From Candidatus Latescibacterota bacterium (GTDB taxonomy: Bacteria; Latescibacterota; UBA2968), in NCBI GenBank assembly GCA_965208125.1, contig OZ242320.1, positions 448,001 to 512,000 of the forward strand: a stretch of 64,000 nt of DNA, read 5' to 3'. Shown piece after piece: positions 9,828-21,300 of this stretch (the first letter of the stretch is position 1; each line of letters begins with the position of its first letter). The position numbers and the translations under genes are program-made. The notes under the pieces were generated by a model. It saw nothing but the letters and a program-made list of their open reading frames with translations. It was not told the DNA's origin and ran no database searches.

Positions 9828-11607
9828 ACTCGACGTTATCATCGCTACCGACTGCGGCAGCACCACGACCAAAGCCATCCTCATAGAAAAAAAGGGCGAT
9901 GTCTATCGCCAGACCTATCGGGGCGAAGCACCTACCACAGTTGAAGCCCCCTACGAAGACGTCACGCGCGGCGTGCTCAACGCCATTCAAGAAGTCGAAG
10001 AACTCTCCGGCAGACAAATTCTCGACGGCGAAACCATCATCACACCCGCACGGGATAATCGCGGAGTTGACATCTACATTTCTACCAGCAGTGCAGGCGG
10101 CGGCCTGCAAATGATGGTCGGCGGCGTCATTCAGGCCATGACCGGCGAAAGCGCGCAGCGCTGCGCCCTCGGCGCAGGCGCAATCGTCATGGACATTCTC
10201 GCATCCAACGACGGGCGGCAGCCCCACGAAAAAATCGAACGCATACGCCAGTTGCGCCCCGATATGGTGCTCCTTTCGGGAGGCACAGATGGCGGCACCA
10301 TTTCGCACGTTGTCGAACTGGCCGAATTTATTTCGGCAGCCGACCCCAAACCGCGATTTGGATCGGGATACCAACTGCCCGTTATTTACGCCGGAAACAA
10401 AGATGCCGCGCAGGAAATTGAACGTACCCTGGGCGACAAAACAGCCCTCACCGTCACGGAAAACATCCGCCCCACGCTCGAAGAAGAAAACCTCGGACCT
10501 GCCCGCCATGTGATCCACGACCTCTTTCTCGAACACGTCATGGCGCAAGCACCTGGCTACCGGAAACTCATCTCATGGACAGGCGCGCCCATCATGCCCA
10601 CGCCCGGCGCAGTTGGCCTCATGATGCAAACCGCATCCAAACAACAAAATATCAATGTCGTGGGCGTTGACATAGGCGGTGCCACCACCGACGTATTCAG
10701 CGTCTTTGACGATATCTTCAACCGCACGGTATCTGCCAATCTCGGCATGTCCTACAGCGTATCCAACGTACTCGCCGAAGCGGGCCTCGACGATGTCATG
10801 CGCTGGGTACCTTTCAAAATCGACGAAGCAGACCTGCGCGACCGCATCAAAAACAAAATGATCCGCCCCACCACAATTCCACAAATGCTCGAAGAACTTC
10901 AGGTCGAACAGGCCATTGCCCGCGAAGCCCTGCGCCTGGCCTTTGTCCAGCACCGCGCATTGGCCGTGGGTCTCAAAGGCGTACAGGCCGAGCGTACCCT
11001 ATCCGATGTATTCGACCAATCCGCAGGCGGCGAAAGCCTCATCAAAATGCGCGACCTCGATCTCCTCGTAGGAAGCGGCGGCGTTCTATCTCACGCCCCG
11101 CGTCGAATGCAAACAGCCGCCATGCTCATCGACGCCTTCCAGCCCGAAGGCATCACGCGTCTCGCCGTTGACAGCATCTTTATGATGCCACACCTCGGCG
11201 TACTCTCATCGGTCAACGAAATCGCTGCCACTCAGGTTTTTGAACGCGACTGCCTCATCTACCTCGGCACCTGCATTGCACCCATCGCCCAAGGCAAAAT
11301 AGGCGCATCCTGTGCACAATACGAAATCGACCTTCCCGGCGGAACCCAATCGGGCACACTCAACATCGGCGATCTTCTACACTTCTCCCTCGAAGCCGAT
11401 CGAGAAGCACACCTCACCTTGCACCCCGAGCGCAACACAGACGCAGGTGCCGGATCGGGCCGAGAACTGAACATCACAGTCAAGGGGGGTACCGCCGGGC
11501 TAATCCTCGACGGACGCGGTCGCCCCATTGTATTTGCCGAAAATCAATCCGAACGCGCCGATCAAATAAGCCGGTGGAGCGAGACCCTCGACCTCTATCC
11601 CCGGTAA
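9820..11607 (+). CDS. GlmL/MutL (glutamate mutase L)-family ASKHA/actin-like ATPase
   Basis: DCGSTTTK phosphate-1, DIGGATTDVFS phosphate-2, GSGGVL adenosine motif, SSAGGGL, MPTPGAV. Confidence 0.85.
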   Translation: MDKLDVIIATDCGSTTTKAILIEKKGDVYRQTYRGEAPTTVEAPYEDVTRGVLNAIQEVEELSGRQILDGETIITPARDNRGVDIYISTSSAGGGLQMMVGGVIQAMTGESAQRCALGAGAIVMDILASNDGRQPHEKIERIRQLRPDMVLLSGGTDGGTISHVVELAEFISAADPKPRFGSGYQLPVIYAGNKDAAQEIERTLGDKTALTVTENIRPTLEEENLGPARHVIHDLFLEHVMAQAPGYRKLISWTGAPIMPTPGAVGLMMQTASKQQNINVVGVDIGGATTDVFSVFDDIFNRTVSANLGMSYSVSNVLAEAGLDDVMRWVPFKIDEADLRDRIKNKMIRPTTIPQMLEELQVEQAIAREALRLAFVQHRALAVGLKGVQAERTLSDVFDQSAGGESLIKMRDLDLLVGSGGVLSHAPRRMQTAAMLIDAFQPEGITRLAVDSIFMMPHLGVLSSVNEIAATQVFERDCLIYLGTCIAPIAQGKIGASCAQYEIDLPGGTQSGTLNIGDLLHFSLEADREAHLTLHPERNTDAGAGSGRELNITVKGGTAGLILDGRGRPIVFAENQSERADQISRWSETLDLYPR

Positions 11608-11693
11608 GAGAAAGGCCCTGATTTAATTTATTTTTCTTGTAAAGTACCCCTCGCATTGTATATTCCGTTATCCTTAACCCCAGGTATTACCCT

Positions 11694-12812
11694 ATGGCAC
11701 ACGCATACACACCCGGTCTTCGCGTTACCCCACAGACCCTTCTTCAACGCCAGCGCCAACTCCCCCTCAAAGGTGAGGTCGTCGTATCACAAGGCGATAG
11801 CGTAACGCGCGATCAAGTCGTTGCACGCACGCACCTGCCCGGCAACGTCACCACCCTCAACCTGGTCAACATCTTGAGTTGCACGCCAGAAGAACTGCCC
11901 AATTACCTGCTCAAACGCGAAGGCGACCCCGTCGAAGCCGACGAACCCATTGCCGAAACCCGCCCCTTCATCAAATGGTTCAAAACCACCGTTAAAGCAC
12001 CTATTAGTGGCACCCTCGAAAGCATCTCCAAAATCACCGGACAGGTCATCTTTCGCGCGCCCCCCCGCCCCGTTCAGGTACAGGCATACATAGATGGCAA
12101 CGTGACCGAAATCCTGCCCGAAGAAGGCGTCATTGTCGAAACCACAGGTGCATTTGTACAGGGCATCTTTGGCATAGGCGGTGAAACCTGGGGACCTCTG
12201 CACGTCATCTCCGAAGAGCCAGATCAAATTTTAACCCCCGACCAAATCGACGACTCGTGCGCGGGTAAAATCGCCGTAGGCGGCAACCTTCTCACACTCG
12301 ACGTAATTGACAAAGCGCGGGAAAGCGGCGCCGTTGGCATCATTGGGGGCGGCATCCGCGACGCCGATTTGCGCGACCTGCTCGGTTACGACCTCGGCGT
12401 AGCTATCACCGGCACCGAGAATATTGGCCTCACCGTCATCGTCACCGAAGGCTTTGGCCCCATTGCAATGGCGCACAAAACCTTTGACATACTGAGCGAA
12501 AACAACGGCAAAGAAGCCTCTATCTCGGGTGCCACCCAGATTCGCGCCGGGGTTTTGCGTCCCGAAATCATCATCCCGGAATCCAGCAGCCACGAACAAA
12601 CCGAAGAATCCGATCATCCGGGCCTCATCGAAGGGGCACTCTTGCGCGTGATTCGCGCACCCTATTTTGGTCAGGTAGGCAAAGTCACGGCACTACCACC
12701 CGAATTGCAAACAGTCGAATCCGAAACCCATGTGCGCGTACTCGAAGTAGAATTTGACAATGGCGACCGCGCCACTGTCCCGCGCGCCAACGTCGAACTC
12801 ATCCAAGAGTAA
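11694..12812 (+). CDS. conserved hypothetical protein with barrel-sandwich-hybrid-like repeats and C-terminal KOW/SH3-like domain
   Basis: VVVSQGDSV, KREGDPVEADEPIAE, VKAPISGTLESI, RVIRAPYFGQVGKV. Confidence 0.8.
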   Translation: MAHAYTPGLRVTPQTLLQRQRQLPLKGEVVVSQGDSVTRDQVVARTHLPGNVTTLNLVNILSCTPEELPNYLLKREGDPVEADEPIAETRPFIKWFKTTVKAPISGTLESISKITGQVIFRAPPRPVQVQAYIDGNVTEILPEEGVIVETTGAFVQGIFGIGGETWGPLHVISEEPDQILTPDQIDDSCAGKIAVGGNLLTLDVIDKARESGAVGIIGGGIRDADLRDLLGYDLGVAITGTENIGLTVIVTEGFGPIAMAHKTFDILSENNGKEASISGATQIRAGVLRPEIIIPESSSHEQTEESDHPGLIEGALLRVIRAPYFGQVGKVTALPPELQTVESETHVRVLEVEFDNGDRATVPRANVELIQE

Positions 12813-12835
12813 ACGACTCCATCGGGAGATTGCGT

Positions 12836-14044
12836 ATGAGATATTTTTTAACTTGCATCACACTCGTGCTCTGCGCGGCACAGGTATATGCACAACAACC
12901 CACCGGTGTCAAAGCCGAAGACACCCCCAACGACTCGGGAGGCAGCATCACCGTCATCTGGGATTACCCAGAACCCCTCGAGGGAGTCGAACAAATCACA
13001 TACACAATTTCAGTCGGCGAATCTGAAAATGGGCCTTTTCATGGCGCCAAGTACAATGCAGCTAACCTGCAATCCACCGATCCGGGCACTTTTGGGCATG
13101 GCGAAGAAACATTCCACAAGTTTTTTGCCAGAATCTCCGAATATGTTGATCCCGCCGACTCATCTAAAAGAATCGCCATTGAAAATAGTAAAACTTATTA
13201 CGTACAGGTCATCGCCCACCTCCCTTCTGGCGAATCATTTCCCTCGGCAATCGCAAGCGCAGAAGCGTATGAAAATCTCTTCAACCGGACCAAAACCAAC
13301 AACTTCGTTATCGGCACGATCTTCTCTCTCATCATTTTAGGCGGCATTCTCCTCGCCCAAAAACGCGAACTCTTCATTCGGCGCATCGCTGGCCTCGAAG
13401 CCCTTGACGAAGCCCTCGGTCGCGCCACGGAAATGGGTAAACCCGTACTCTTTGTACATGGGTTGCATGACATGGACAGTGTTTCCACTATTGCGGCAAT
13501 CAATGTTCTCTCCCGCGTTGCCCACCGTACAGCCGAATTTAATACCGAATTGCGCGTTGCCAATCGCTACTCAGTTGTCATGGCTGTGAGTCAAGAGGTT
13601 GTCAAAGAATCCTATCTCAATGCAGGCCGTCCCGACGCATATTCCGACGACATGGTCTTTCTGGCAGCTACAGAACAATTCAGCTATGCCGCAGCCCTTG
13701 ACGGCATGATGGTGCGCGACAGACCAGCCACCAATATCATGATGGGATCCTTCTATGCCGAATCGCTCTTGCTGGCAGAAACAGGTGCTTCAATCAATGC
13801 TATTCAGATCGCGGGCACTGACTCCTACACCCAACTGCCCTTTTTCATCACTACCTGCGACTATACGCTCATGGGCGAAGAACTCTATGCGGCGAGTGCG
13901 TATCTCGCCCGAGAACCCAAACTGTTGGGCAGCCTTAAAGGGCAGGACATCGGCAAAGCAGTGCTCTTGATAGCCATGATTTTGGGTACACTTCTGGCGA
14001 GTTTTGAAATTCAAACACTCACGCATATTTTTACCGCATATTAA
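12836..14044 (+). CDS. signal-peptide/FN3-like plus DUF6754-type membrane protein
   Basis: N-terminal signal peptide, DTPNDSGGSITVIW, TM helix, RRIAGLEALDEALGRATEMGKP, QLPFFITTCDY. Confidence 0.8.
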   Translation: MRYFLTCITLVLCAAQVYAQQPTGVKAEDTPNDSGGSITVIWDYPEPLEGVEQITYTISVGESENGPFHGAKYNAANLQSTDPGTFGHGEETFHKFFARISEYVDPADSSKRIAIENSKTYYVQVIAHLPSGESFPSAIASAEAYENLFNRTKTNNFVIGTIFSLIILGGILLAQKRELFIRRIAGLEALDEALGRATEMGKPVLFVHGLHDMDSVSTIAAINVLSRVAHRTAEFNTELRVANRYSVVMAVSQEVVKESYLNAGRPDAYSDDMVFLAATEQFSYAAALDGMMVRDRPATNIMMGSFYAESLLLAETGASINAIQIAGTDSYTQLPFFITTCDYTLMGEELYAASAYLAREPKLLGSLKGQDIGKAVLLIAMILGTLLASFEIQTLTHIFTAY

Positions 14045-14059
14045 GCAGGGGATTCTTTT

Positions 14060-14716
14060 ATGCTTTTTTTACGACGTACATTGCCGCTGATCATCGCCTT
14101 TGTTCTGGGTATGATTGGTATTCTCGTTTACTACATTCCACACAGCGGCGCCCAAAATCTTGAGCAGGACTTGACAACCTGGAATCGAATTATCGCGGCC
14201 TTCGCTCTGGTGTTGGGAATCTACAGTCTGATGCGCTTGCACTGGAGTCGTGTTCAGCGGCAACAAGCCGGATGGGGATATAGTTTCCTCGTATTTGTGG
14301 GCTTTGTGCTTATGTCCATCTTCGCAATCTACAACAATGGACAAGGTCCTTTCACCTCCCAGGTACTTGATTCGGGTCCTTTTGACTGGATGTTTAAGTA
14401 TGTACAGGTACCAGCCGATGCCACCATGTTCTCTATTCTCGCGTTTTTCATCGCATCTGCTGCCTATCGCACCTTTCGCGCACGCACGCCAGAAGCGGCA
14501 ATCCTGCTCGTATCGGCTATTATCGTGATGATCGGCCGCGTGCCCATTGGCGCATCAATTTACCAGGAGCTTCCCCAAATTGCCCAATGGATGATGGATG
14601 TGCCCAATCTGGCAGCCAAGCGCGGCATTTTGCTCGGCGTCAGCCTTGGTGCTGTCGCCACGGCATTACGCATCATTTTTGGCATCGAACGCTCTTATCT
14701 CGGCGGAGGTGAATAA
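14060..14716 (+). CDS. polytopic membrane protein of the GlmL-associated cluster
   Basis: About 6 TM segments; TMFSILAFFIASAAYRTFRAR; LRIIFGIERSYLG C-terminus. Confidence 0.8.
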   Translation: MLFLRRTLPLIIAFVLGMIGILVYYIPHSGAQNLEQDLTTWNRIIAAFALVLGIYSLMRLHWSRVQRQQAGWGYSFLVFVGFVLMSIFAIYNNGQGPFTSQVLDSGPFDWMFKYVQVPADATMFSILAFFIASAAYRTFRARTPEAAILLVSAIIVMIGRVPIGASIYQELPQIAQWMMDVPNLAAKRGILLGVSLGAVATALRIIFGIERSYLGGGE

Positions 14717-15552
14717 TGATAATGAAAGAATTTTTGCTCAATATCGACCGCCGTATCATCTTTGTCTTTGTCGCGCTTGGTATCATCATTCCCTCGTTGG
14801 CTGCCATACGCCTGCCTATCCACATCACGGAAGATGTCAAAGCGATTTACGACACGATCGAAGAAGTGGCAGCAAAAAACGGCACCATTCTCATCTCCTT
14901 TGACTACGGACCCGGATCCATGCCCGAAGTACAGCCCATGGCCATTGCAGTTTTGCGCCACTGTTTCAAGCGCAACGTCAAAGTAGTTGGGATGTCACAC
15001 TGGGTAGATGCTGTTGGTCTTGCACAAGAAGCATTTGATACCACATCAAAAGAATTTGGTGCACAATACGGTGAAGATTATACGTATCTGGGTTATAAAA
15101 CGGGCTTCGGTTCTCTGGTCATCAACATGGGCAACGACTTTCACAATGCATTCCAAAAAGATCTGCAAGGTAGCGATACGACCGAATTACCTGTCACCAA
15201 AAACATAAAGGGATTGGCGGACTTCGACTATGTGATCTGTCTGGCAGCGGGCAACACACCAGATGGTGTCTGGATACCCTATGGACAAGAACGCTACAAA
15301 TTTAAATTTGGCATTGGCTGTACCGCTGTTATGGCACCCGATCAATATCCATATCTGCAATCGGGCCAAATGAACGGCATGATGGGCGGATTGGCCGGTG
15401 CCGCCGAATACGAGACTCTGATTGAAACATCGGGCAAAGCCACCGCGGGTATGGGTGCCCAATCCGTTGTACATCTCATCATCATCGCCTTCATCATCCT
15501 GGGCAATGTGATGTACTTCCTCTATGGACGACAGAGAGGAGGTGCCCAGTGA
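14716..15552 (+). CDS. membrane-anchored protein of the GlmL-associated cluster
   Basis: N- and C-terminal TM helices flanking a soluble domain; PYLQSGQ..G..GG..GAAEYE; coupled to the upstream stop. Confidence 0.8.
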   Translation: MIMKEFLLNIDRRIIFVFVALGIIIPSLAAIRLPIHITEDVKAIYDTIEEVAAKNGTILISFDYGPGSMPEVQPMAIAVLRHCFKRNVKVVGMSHWVDAVGLAQEAFDTTSKEFGAQYGEDYTYLGYKTGFGSLVINMGNDFHNAFQKDLQGSDTTELPVTKNIKGLADFDYVICLAAGNTPDGVWIPYGQERYKFKFGIGCTAVMAPDQYPYLQSGQMNGMMGGLAGAAEYETLIETSGKATAGMGAQSVVHLIIIAFIILGNVMYFLYGRQRGGAQ

Positions 15553-16280
15553 GTCGCGATCATATAATTTTTATCACTTTTTTAGTCGTCTTTGCCGCCA
15601 TCAATATCTACCTCTTTGGCTGGGACAGACTCTCCGCGGATTGGACCGGCTTTGGTATATTTATCGCGGCTGGCATCACCCTATCGCTTTACAGTTTTCT
15701 CTATAAGGACAACCCTCTCTTCAAATTTGCCGAAAATCTCTACGTGGGTGTGGCAGCCGCATACTCCCTCACCCAAATTTGGTACACCGTGCTTTGGGCC
15801 GATGTGGTGAATCCCCTCTATGAACTTAGCAGCGAAAGCATGGGCAATTTGTGGCTCATCGTGCCCACATTGCTTGGCCTCTTCATGCTCACCCAACTCT
15901 CCTCGGCAACATTCAGTTGGCTCAGTCGTATCGCATTCGCATTTGTAGTCGGTCTGGGAGCGGGATTAACCATCCCACGTACTATTGCGGCCAATTTGCT
16001 GGCACAAATGGAACCGACCATGCAACCTATAGCAGCCTCATGGGAAGGATTAAATCTGCTCATTATTCTTGTCGGCGTCGTTACAGTACTCGTGTATTTC
16101 TTCTACTCTGTCGAACACACCGGTCCCGTGGGCGTGGCGTCCAAAATTGGTATCTGGTTTCTCATGATTTCATTTGGCGCATCATTTGGCTACACCATCA
16201 TGGCGCGTCTCTCACTGCTGATTGGGCGCGTCGGGTTCTTGCTCGAAGACTGGCTCGTGCTCGAATTGCCTCTATTTTGA
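15549..16280 (+). CDS. polytopic membrane protein of the GlmL-associated cluster
   Basis: YSFLYKDNPLFKFAE, FLMISFGASFGYTIMARLSLLIGR; GTG start overlaps the upstream TGA. Confidence 0.8.
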   Translation: MSRDHIIFITFLVVFAAINIYLFGWDRLSADWTGFGIFIAAGITLSLYSFLYKDNPLFKFAENLYVGVAAAYSLTQIWYTVLWADVVNPLYELSSESMGNLWLIVPTLLGLFMLTQLSSATFSWLSRIAFAFVVGLGAGLTIPRTIAANLLAQMEPTMQPIAASWEGLNLLIILVGVVTVLVYFFYSVEHTGPVGVASKIGIWFLMISFGASFGYTIMARLSLLIGRVGFLLEDWLVLELPLF

Positions 16281-16363
16281 TTTGAGGAGAAGTGCGTGTT
16301 CATTCGCTCATTTCAAAAAAACGGGAACGTTCAAACCCTTATAGAAGTCCAAAGAAACATTAC

Positions 16364-17326
16364 ATGCCCAATTCCGTGCTGACAGTTGACAACCTCCAAA
16401 CGCATTTTCATACAGACAGCGGAACAGCGAGGGCGGTAGATGGCGTATCATTCACACTCAACAAGGGCGAAACGTATGGCCTTGTTGGTGAATCGGGGTG
16501 CGGAAAAAGTGTCACTTCGCTGTCAATCATGCGATTGGTACCTCATCCTGGCCGCATTGAAAGTGGGCATATTTTTTTTCAGGACCGTGACCTGGTATCC
16601 CTTTCGGATACCGAAATGCGCGACATACGCGGCAATGACATTGCCATGATCTTTCAGGAACCCATGACCAGCCTCAACCCGGTTTACACCTGTGGGTTCC
16701 AGATTGACGAAGCCGTGAGGCGGCATCAGGGATTAGAAAAAACCGAAGCGCGAAAAAAAACAGTTGAAATGCTCCACCTCGTGGGCCTGCCCGATCCCGA
16801 ACAACGCGCAAACGAATACCCGCACCAGTTATCTGGCGGACAACGCCAGCGCGTAATGATCGCCATGGCCCTCTCGTGCAACCCCAAAGTGCTAATTGCG
16901 GACGAACCCACAACAGCACTCGATGTCACTATTCAGGCGCAAATCCTGGACCTGTTGCGCGACTTGCAGCAACAACTCGGTATGGCCGTCCTGCTCATCA
17001 CACACGATTTAGGAGTTATTGCCGAAGCCGCCGATCAGGTCGCGGTCATGTACGCAGGCAAAATTGTAGAAATCGGTCCGGCAGACGCGATCTTTCACAA
17101 CCCCAGGCATCCCTACACGCAGGGATTACTCGCATCAGTACCCCGTCTGGATATCGCGAACAAGCGCCTCAGAACCATTCCGGGCACGGTGCCCGAAGCC
17201 ACGCAATTCCCATCGGGATGTCGATTTGCAGATCGATGTGAAAAGGTCGATTCAATTTGCAGGGAAACCACACCGCAACTGCAAACAATTGACAGCGGTC
17301 ACCAGACCGCGTGTTGGATGGCATAA
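16364..17326 (+). CDS. oppD: oligo/dipeptide ABC transporter ATP-binding subunit (OppD/DppD type)
   Basis: [29 protein letters not shown] and GCRF..RC tail. Confidence 0.9.
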   Translation: MPNSVLTVDNLQTHFHTDSGTARAVDGVSFTLNKGETYGLVGESGCGKSVTSLSIMRLVPHPGRIESGHIFFQDRDLVSLSDTEMRDIRGNDIAMIFQEPMTSLNPVYTCGFQIDEAVRRHQGLEKTEARKKTVEMLHLVGLPDPEQRANEYPHQLSGGQRQRVMIAMALSCNPKVLIADEPTTALDVTIQAQILDLLRDLQQQLGMAVLLITHDLGVIAEAADQVAVMYAGKIVEIGPADAIFHNPRHPYTQGLLASVPRLDIANKRLRTIPGTVPEATQFPSGCRFADRCEKVDSICRETTPQLQTIDSGHQTACWMA

Positions 17327-17338
17327 AGGCGAGAAATA

Positions 17339-18289
17339 GTGCTTCTTCAAGTTCAAAATCTAAAAAAATACTACCCCATTTCTCAGGGACTTTGGGGGCG
17401 CAACGCCGGACATGTCAAAGCAGTAGATGACGTGAGCTTCAATATCTCTCCCGGCGAAACCCTCGGCCTGGTCGGAGAATCGGGATGCGGAAAAACCACG
17501 ACAGGACGCGCCATTTTACGCCTTATCGATGCGACATCAGGCACCGTGCGATTCAAAAATACTGACATTCTCTCCCTGGGGAAAAAACAACTTCGAACAC
17601 TGCGCCGGCACATGCAAATCATCTTTCAGGACCCTTATGGATCGCTAAACCCCCGCCTCACCATCGGCGGCATCCTCTCGGAACCCCTGAAAATCCACGG
17701 CGACAAAACAAAAGATCGAGTCGCCGACCTGCTCAACACCGTGGGCTTATCTCCCGACGTCGCGCGCCGATATCCACATGAATTTTCCGGCGGACAGCGA
17801 CAGCGCATTGGCATTGCCCGCGCATTGGCCGTAAAACCGCAATTCATTGTCGCAGACGAACCCGTATCTGCACTCGACGTATCGATTCAGGCACAAATCG
17901 TAAACTTGCTCCAGGATTTACAGACTCAGTTTGGTCTCGCCTATCTCTTTATCGCACACGACTTGAGCGTGGTCAAACACATCTCCAACCGCGTGGCAGT
18001 CATGTATCTGGGCAAAATTGTCGAACTGGCCGAAAGCCAGGAACTCTACGACAATCCGCAGCATCCCTATACGCGCGCATTGCTCTCATCAATCCCCATA
18101 CCCGATCCGCGCGTCAGGGGATCGCGCACCAGTTTAACAGGCGATGTGCCCAGCCCGGTCAACGTACCTTCGGGCTGTGCATTTCATCCGCGCTGTCCCG
18201 AAGCAACGGCGGACTGCGCCCACCGCAACCCCGAACTCTTAGACATTGAACCCGGCCACAGCGTGGCCTGTATCTTGCGACACAATTAA
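17339..18289 (+). CDS. oppF: oligo/dipeptide ABC transporter ATP-binding subunit (OppF/DppF type)
   Basis: [40 protein letters not shown] tail. Confidence 0.9.
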   Translation: MLLQVQNLKKYYPISQGLWGRNAGHVKAVDDVSFNISPGETLGLVGESGCGKTTTGRAILRLIDATSGTVRFKNTDILSLGKKQLRTLRRHMQIIFQDPYGSLNPRLTIGGILSEPLKIHGDKTKDRVADLLNTVGLSPDVARRYPHEFSGGQRQRIGIARALAVKPQFIVADEPVSALDVSIQAQIVNLLQDLQTQFGLAYLFIAHDLSVVKHISNRVAVMYLGKIVELAESQELYDNPQHPYTRALLSSIPIPDPRVRGSRTSLTGDVPSPVNVPSGCAFHPRCPEATADCAHRNPELLDIEPGHSVACILRHN

Positions 18290-18334
18290 GGCGTAGAACC
18301 CGTGTGCCCCACCCACCATTTCAAGGAGTCATAA

Positions 18335-21300
18335 GTGAAGGTCTTAAGAACATTAACGTTGCTGTGTCTCACCGGTCTCATATCCCACACCGCCCAGGCA
18401 CAGCCCCCCTCTTTAGGTCCCGCCAAAGCCATTGGGGTTGACCTTGCCAATACCCCGTTGAACCGTCCGTCGCCCGACCAAAAAAGCTACACTTATTGGA
18501 AACCCGAAACAGCCGACGGCTTCTTCCCATCGCTTTTGGGACTGCGGACGGCTGGCGCTCAAATGATTCGCACCAGATATTTCAACATCTACTTCTCTAC
18601 AGCCGAAAAAACTGCCCGGCAAATTGCCGACTTCTGCGATGAGGTTCTATCGAATCTCATGCGCCATTATCCCACCTTTGTCGATCGCATTGCGCCCATC
18701 CACGTCGTCGTTGACGATCAGGCGGATTATTTGGGCAATGCCTTTGCCGTGTACAGCGCCAATTACATCCACTTTTGGACCAACCCCATCGACTGGGAAA
18801 TCCGCGGTACCAGTGACTGGGTACGCAATGTTTTTGTCCACGAACTCGCCCACATCGTAACCCTGAAAGCCGCCTATAAGGGCCTGCCATTCCAAATTGG
18901 CATAGTCAACGCCTCTCGCGCCAATGAAAATCCCGATTTTAGCTTCACGCTTGGCTTGTACCACCTCGCCATGAATTCGGGTTTTGCCGAAGGCATCTCG
19001 CAATACGAAGCCACCGAATATGGCGACGATCGCTGGGACACACACCGCGATATGCTCCTGCGCATGGCTGCGCTCGAAAATGATCTGCTTTCCCTGCCCA
19101 GCATGGGGCAACTCGGCGGCAAAGGCAATTTCCACGGTGAAATGGTCTATAATCAGGGATTTGCCATGCTCAACTACATCGGCGAACGCTTTAGTCCCAC
19201 TGTCGTCAGACAGATCTTTGAACACAGGCCCATTATCAACTTCAACTCCTCGCTGAAAAAAGCCACTGGCGTATCGGCCAAACAACTCTACCGCGACTGG
19301 AAAGCGCATATTGTAGAACAATACGGCACCGTTCAAAGCGACATCCAGGAAGCCGGCGAACGCGAGGGCGAATTGGTCGTCGATAGAGGCAGTTTGGACT
19401 ATCATCCCGTCTATTCTCCGCAAGGCGATAAGCTGGGCTTTATCTCCAACGACGACAGCGACTATTTCATCACCGAACTCAAAGTGATGGACCTGGCAAC
19501 AAATAAAGTCACAAAAATATCCGACCGCGTCGATAACCGCTTTGTCTGGACCGCCAGCGGCGACAGCCTGATGTACATCAAAGCCGTAGGCGCGCGTTGG
19601 GACATCTTCACCTATGACATCAAAACGAAAAAAGAAACCCGCGTCACCGTAGGTCTGCGCGGCAAAGACCCCACTCTCTCACCCGATGGCAAACAAATCG
19701 CCTTTGTAACCATGAGGGATGGCACGGCGAATATCGGTCTTGTAAACACCGACGGCACCGATGTGCGATATCTCACACACAACAACGACGCCACACAGTA
19801 TTTTGGCCCGAAATGGTCGCCCGACGGCAAACACCTGCTCTTCAGCGTATTCCGCACGGGCGAAGACCGCGACATTGCCATCATAGACGTGAATGCAACA
19901 ACCTGGGAAAAGAAAAAAGGCAGGCGCTCACTGGAAAAAAAAGAAGTTGACACACAACTCGACAGCCTCCAGCAGGCAAAAGCCGACAGCCTCAAGGCGT
20001 TTCCCGACAGCCTCGCCTATGCCAACAATGCCAACTTCAAAGCCATTGTACACTCCACAGCCGACGAACGCGATCCCATATGGCTACCCGATGGCAGTGG
20101 ATTTATCTTCAGTTCAGACCGCACGGGCATCTTCAATCTCTACACCCACGACATGGCGACCGGCGAACAAAAGCAACTGACCAATGTTGTGGGCGGCGCG
20201 TTTTTGCCCACTATCTCTCCCGACGCAAAAGACGTGATCTACGCGGGGTATCACGCGGCAAACTACAACCTCTATCGCATCCCCCTGTCCGAGGCCGTCG
20301 CCGTTGATCCCCCCGAGGGTATTGCGCGAGACTATGCTGAAATTTACACCGGCAAATCCATCACCGACCTTCACGACATCGGGCGGTATTCCACGCGCCT
20401 CATCTCTTACGGAATCACACCCATCGCATTGCTGGGTCCCACATTTATCGGCAACCGATTTGGCCTGGATCAAATCAGCGCGGGTGTTCAATGGGCCTGG
20501 GGCGATCTGCTCGGCAGCGACGTTTTTGTAACCACCGCCCTGATCGGCAAAAACTTCAGACGACAACAAGACTTCAACTCGGAATTCGCCTTCTACTACC
20601 AGAACAGCCTCACCCCCATTCTATCTGAACAAAGCACCTATGTCCCCCGCATCTTCTTTGGAGGCAGCAGGCAAACCATCAACAGCATCGTGGATTTGGG
20701 CACCGTCCAAACCGTTCGCGATACACTCAGCGGCACAATGATCACCACAAATGACGAAGGACAACAGGTCCTGATCCCCAATGTCACGCAGCACTTAGAC
20801 CTCACGGTTACGGAAGAAGACGATTTTAAGGATGTATTCTCCGATTTTACGGTGGGCGCCGAAATGGGGGTAGGCCGCGGACACTATTTTAGCCTGGCCT
20901 ATGGCTACCGCAAGTACTCCGAAAACTTGCACGCCGTTCAGGTCCTCCACGACAGCTCTCGCGTCTTTCAGACCAATTTGAGTACTGGTGCTGTTGAAGA
21001 CATCACCGACCAGCTCCCCGGACCGGGCTATGCATCGCAGGAAACTGTTCTCGACGATTTTCTCTACAAAGAACTCGACTTCTTCAAAAGTAACGAATGG
21101 ATGGGTGGTTGGAGCTACATCACCCTCAAACCCGCAACCGACCTCTACATCAACCCATCGGGCGGTCGCGCATTGTCCTTCCGCTACCGGCGCATCAATG
21201 CAACCGTGATAGATACACTGGCCCGTACGCCAGATGTGAACGAAGATTTTGTCCCGGATCCAATCGGCGAAGACCTGTCACCTGCATTTTTCCGAGGCGA

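Noticed and set aside
9820-11607. Calling this DNA mismatch repair MutL or a functional glutamate mutase locus
   Set aside because: The motifs are ASKHA-type, not GHKL, and no mutase subunits are in the window.
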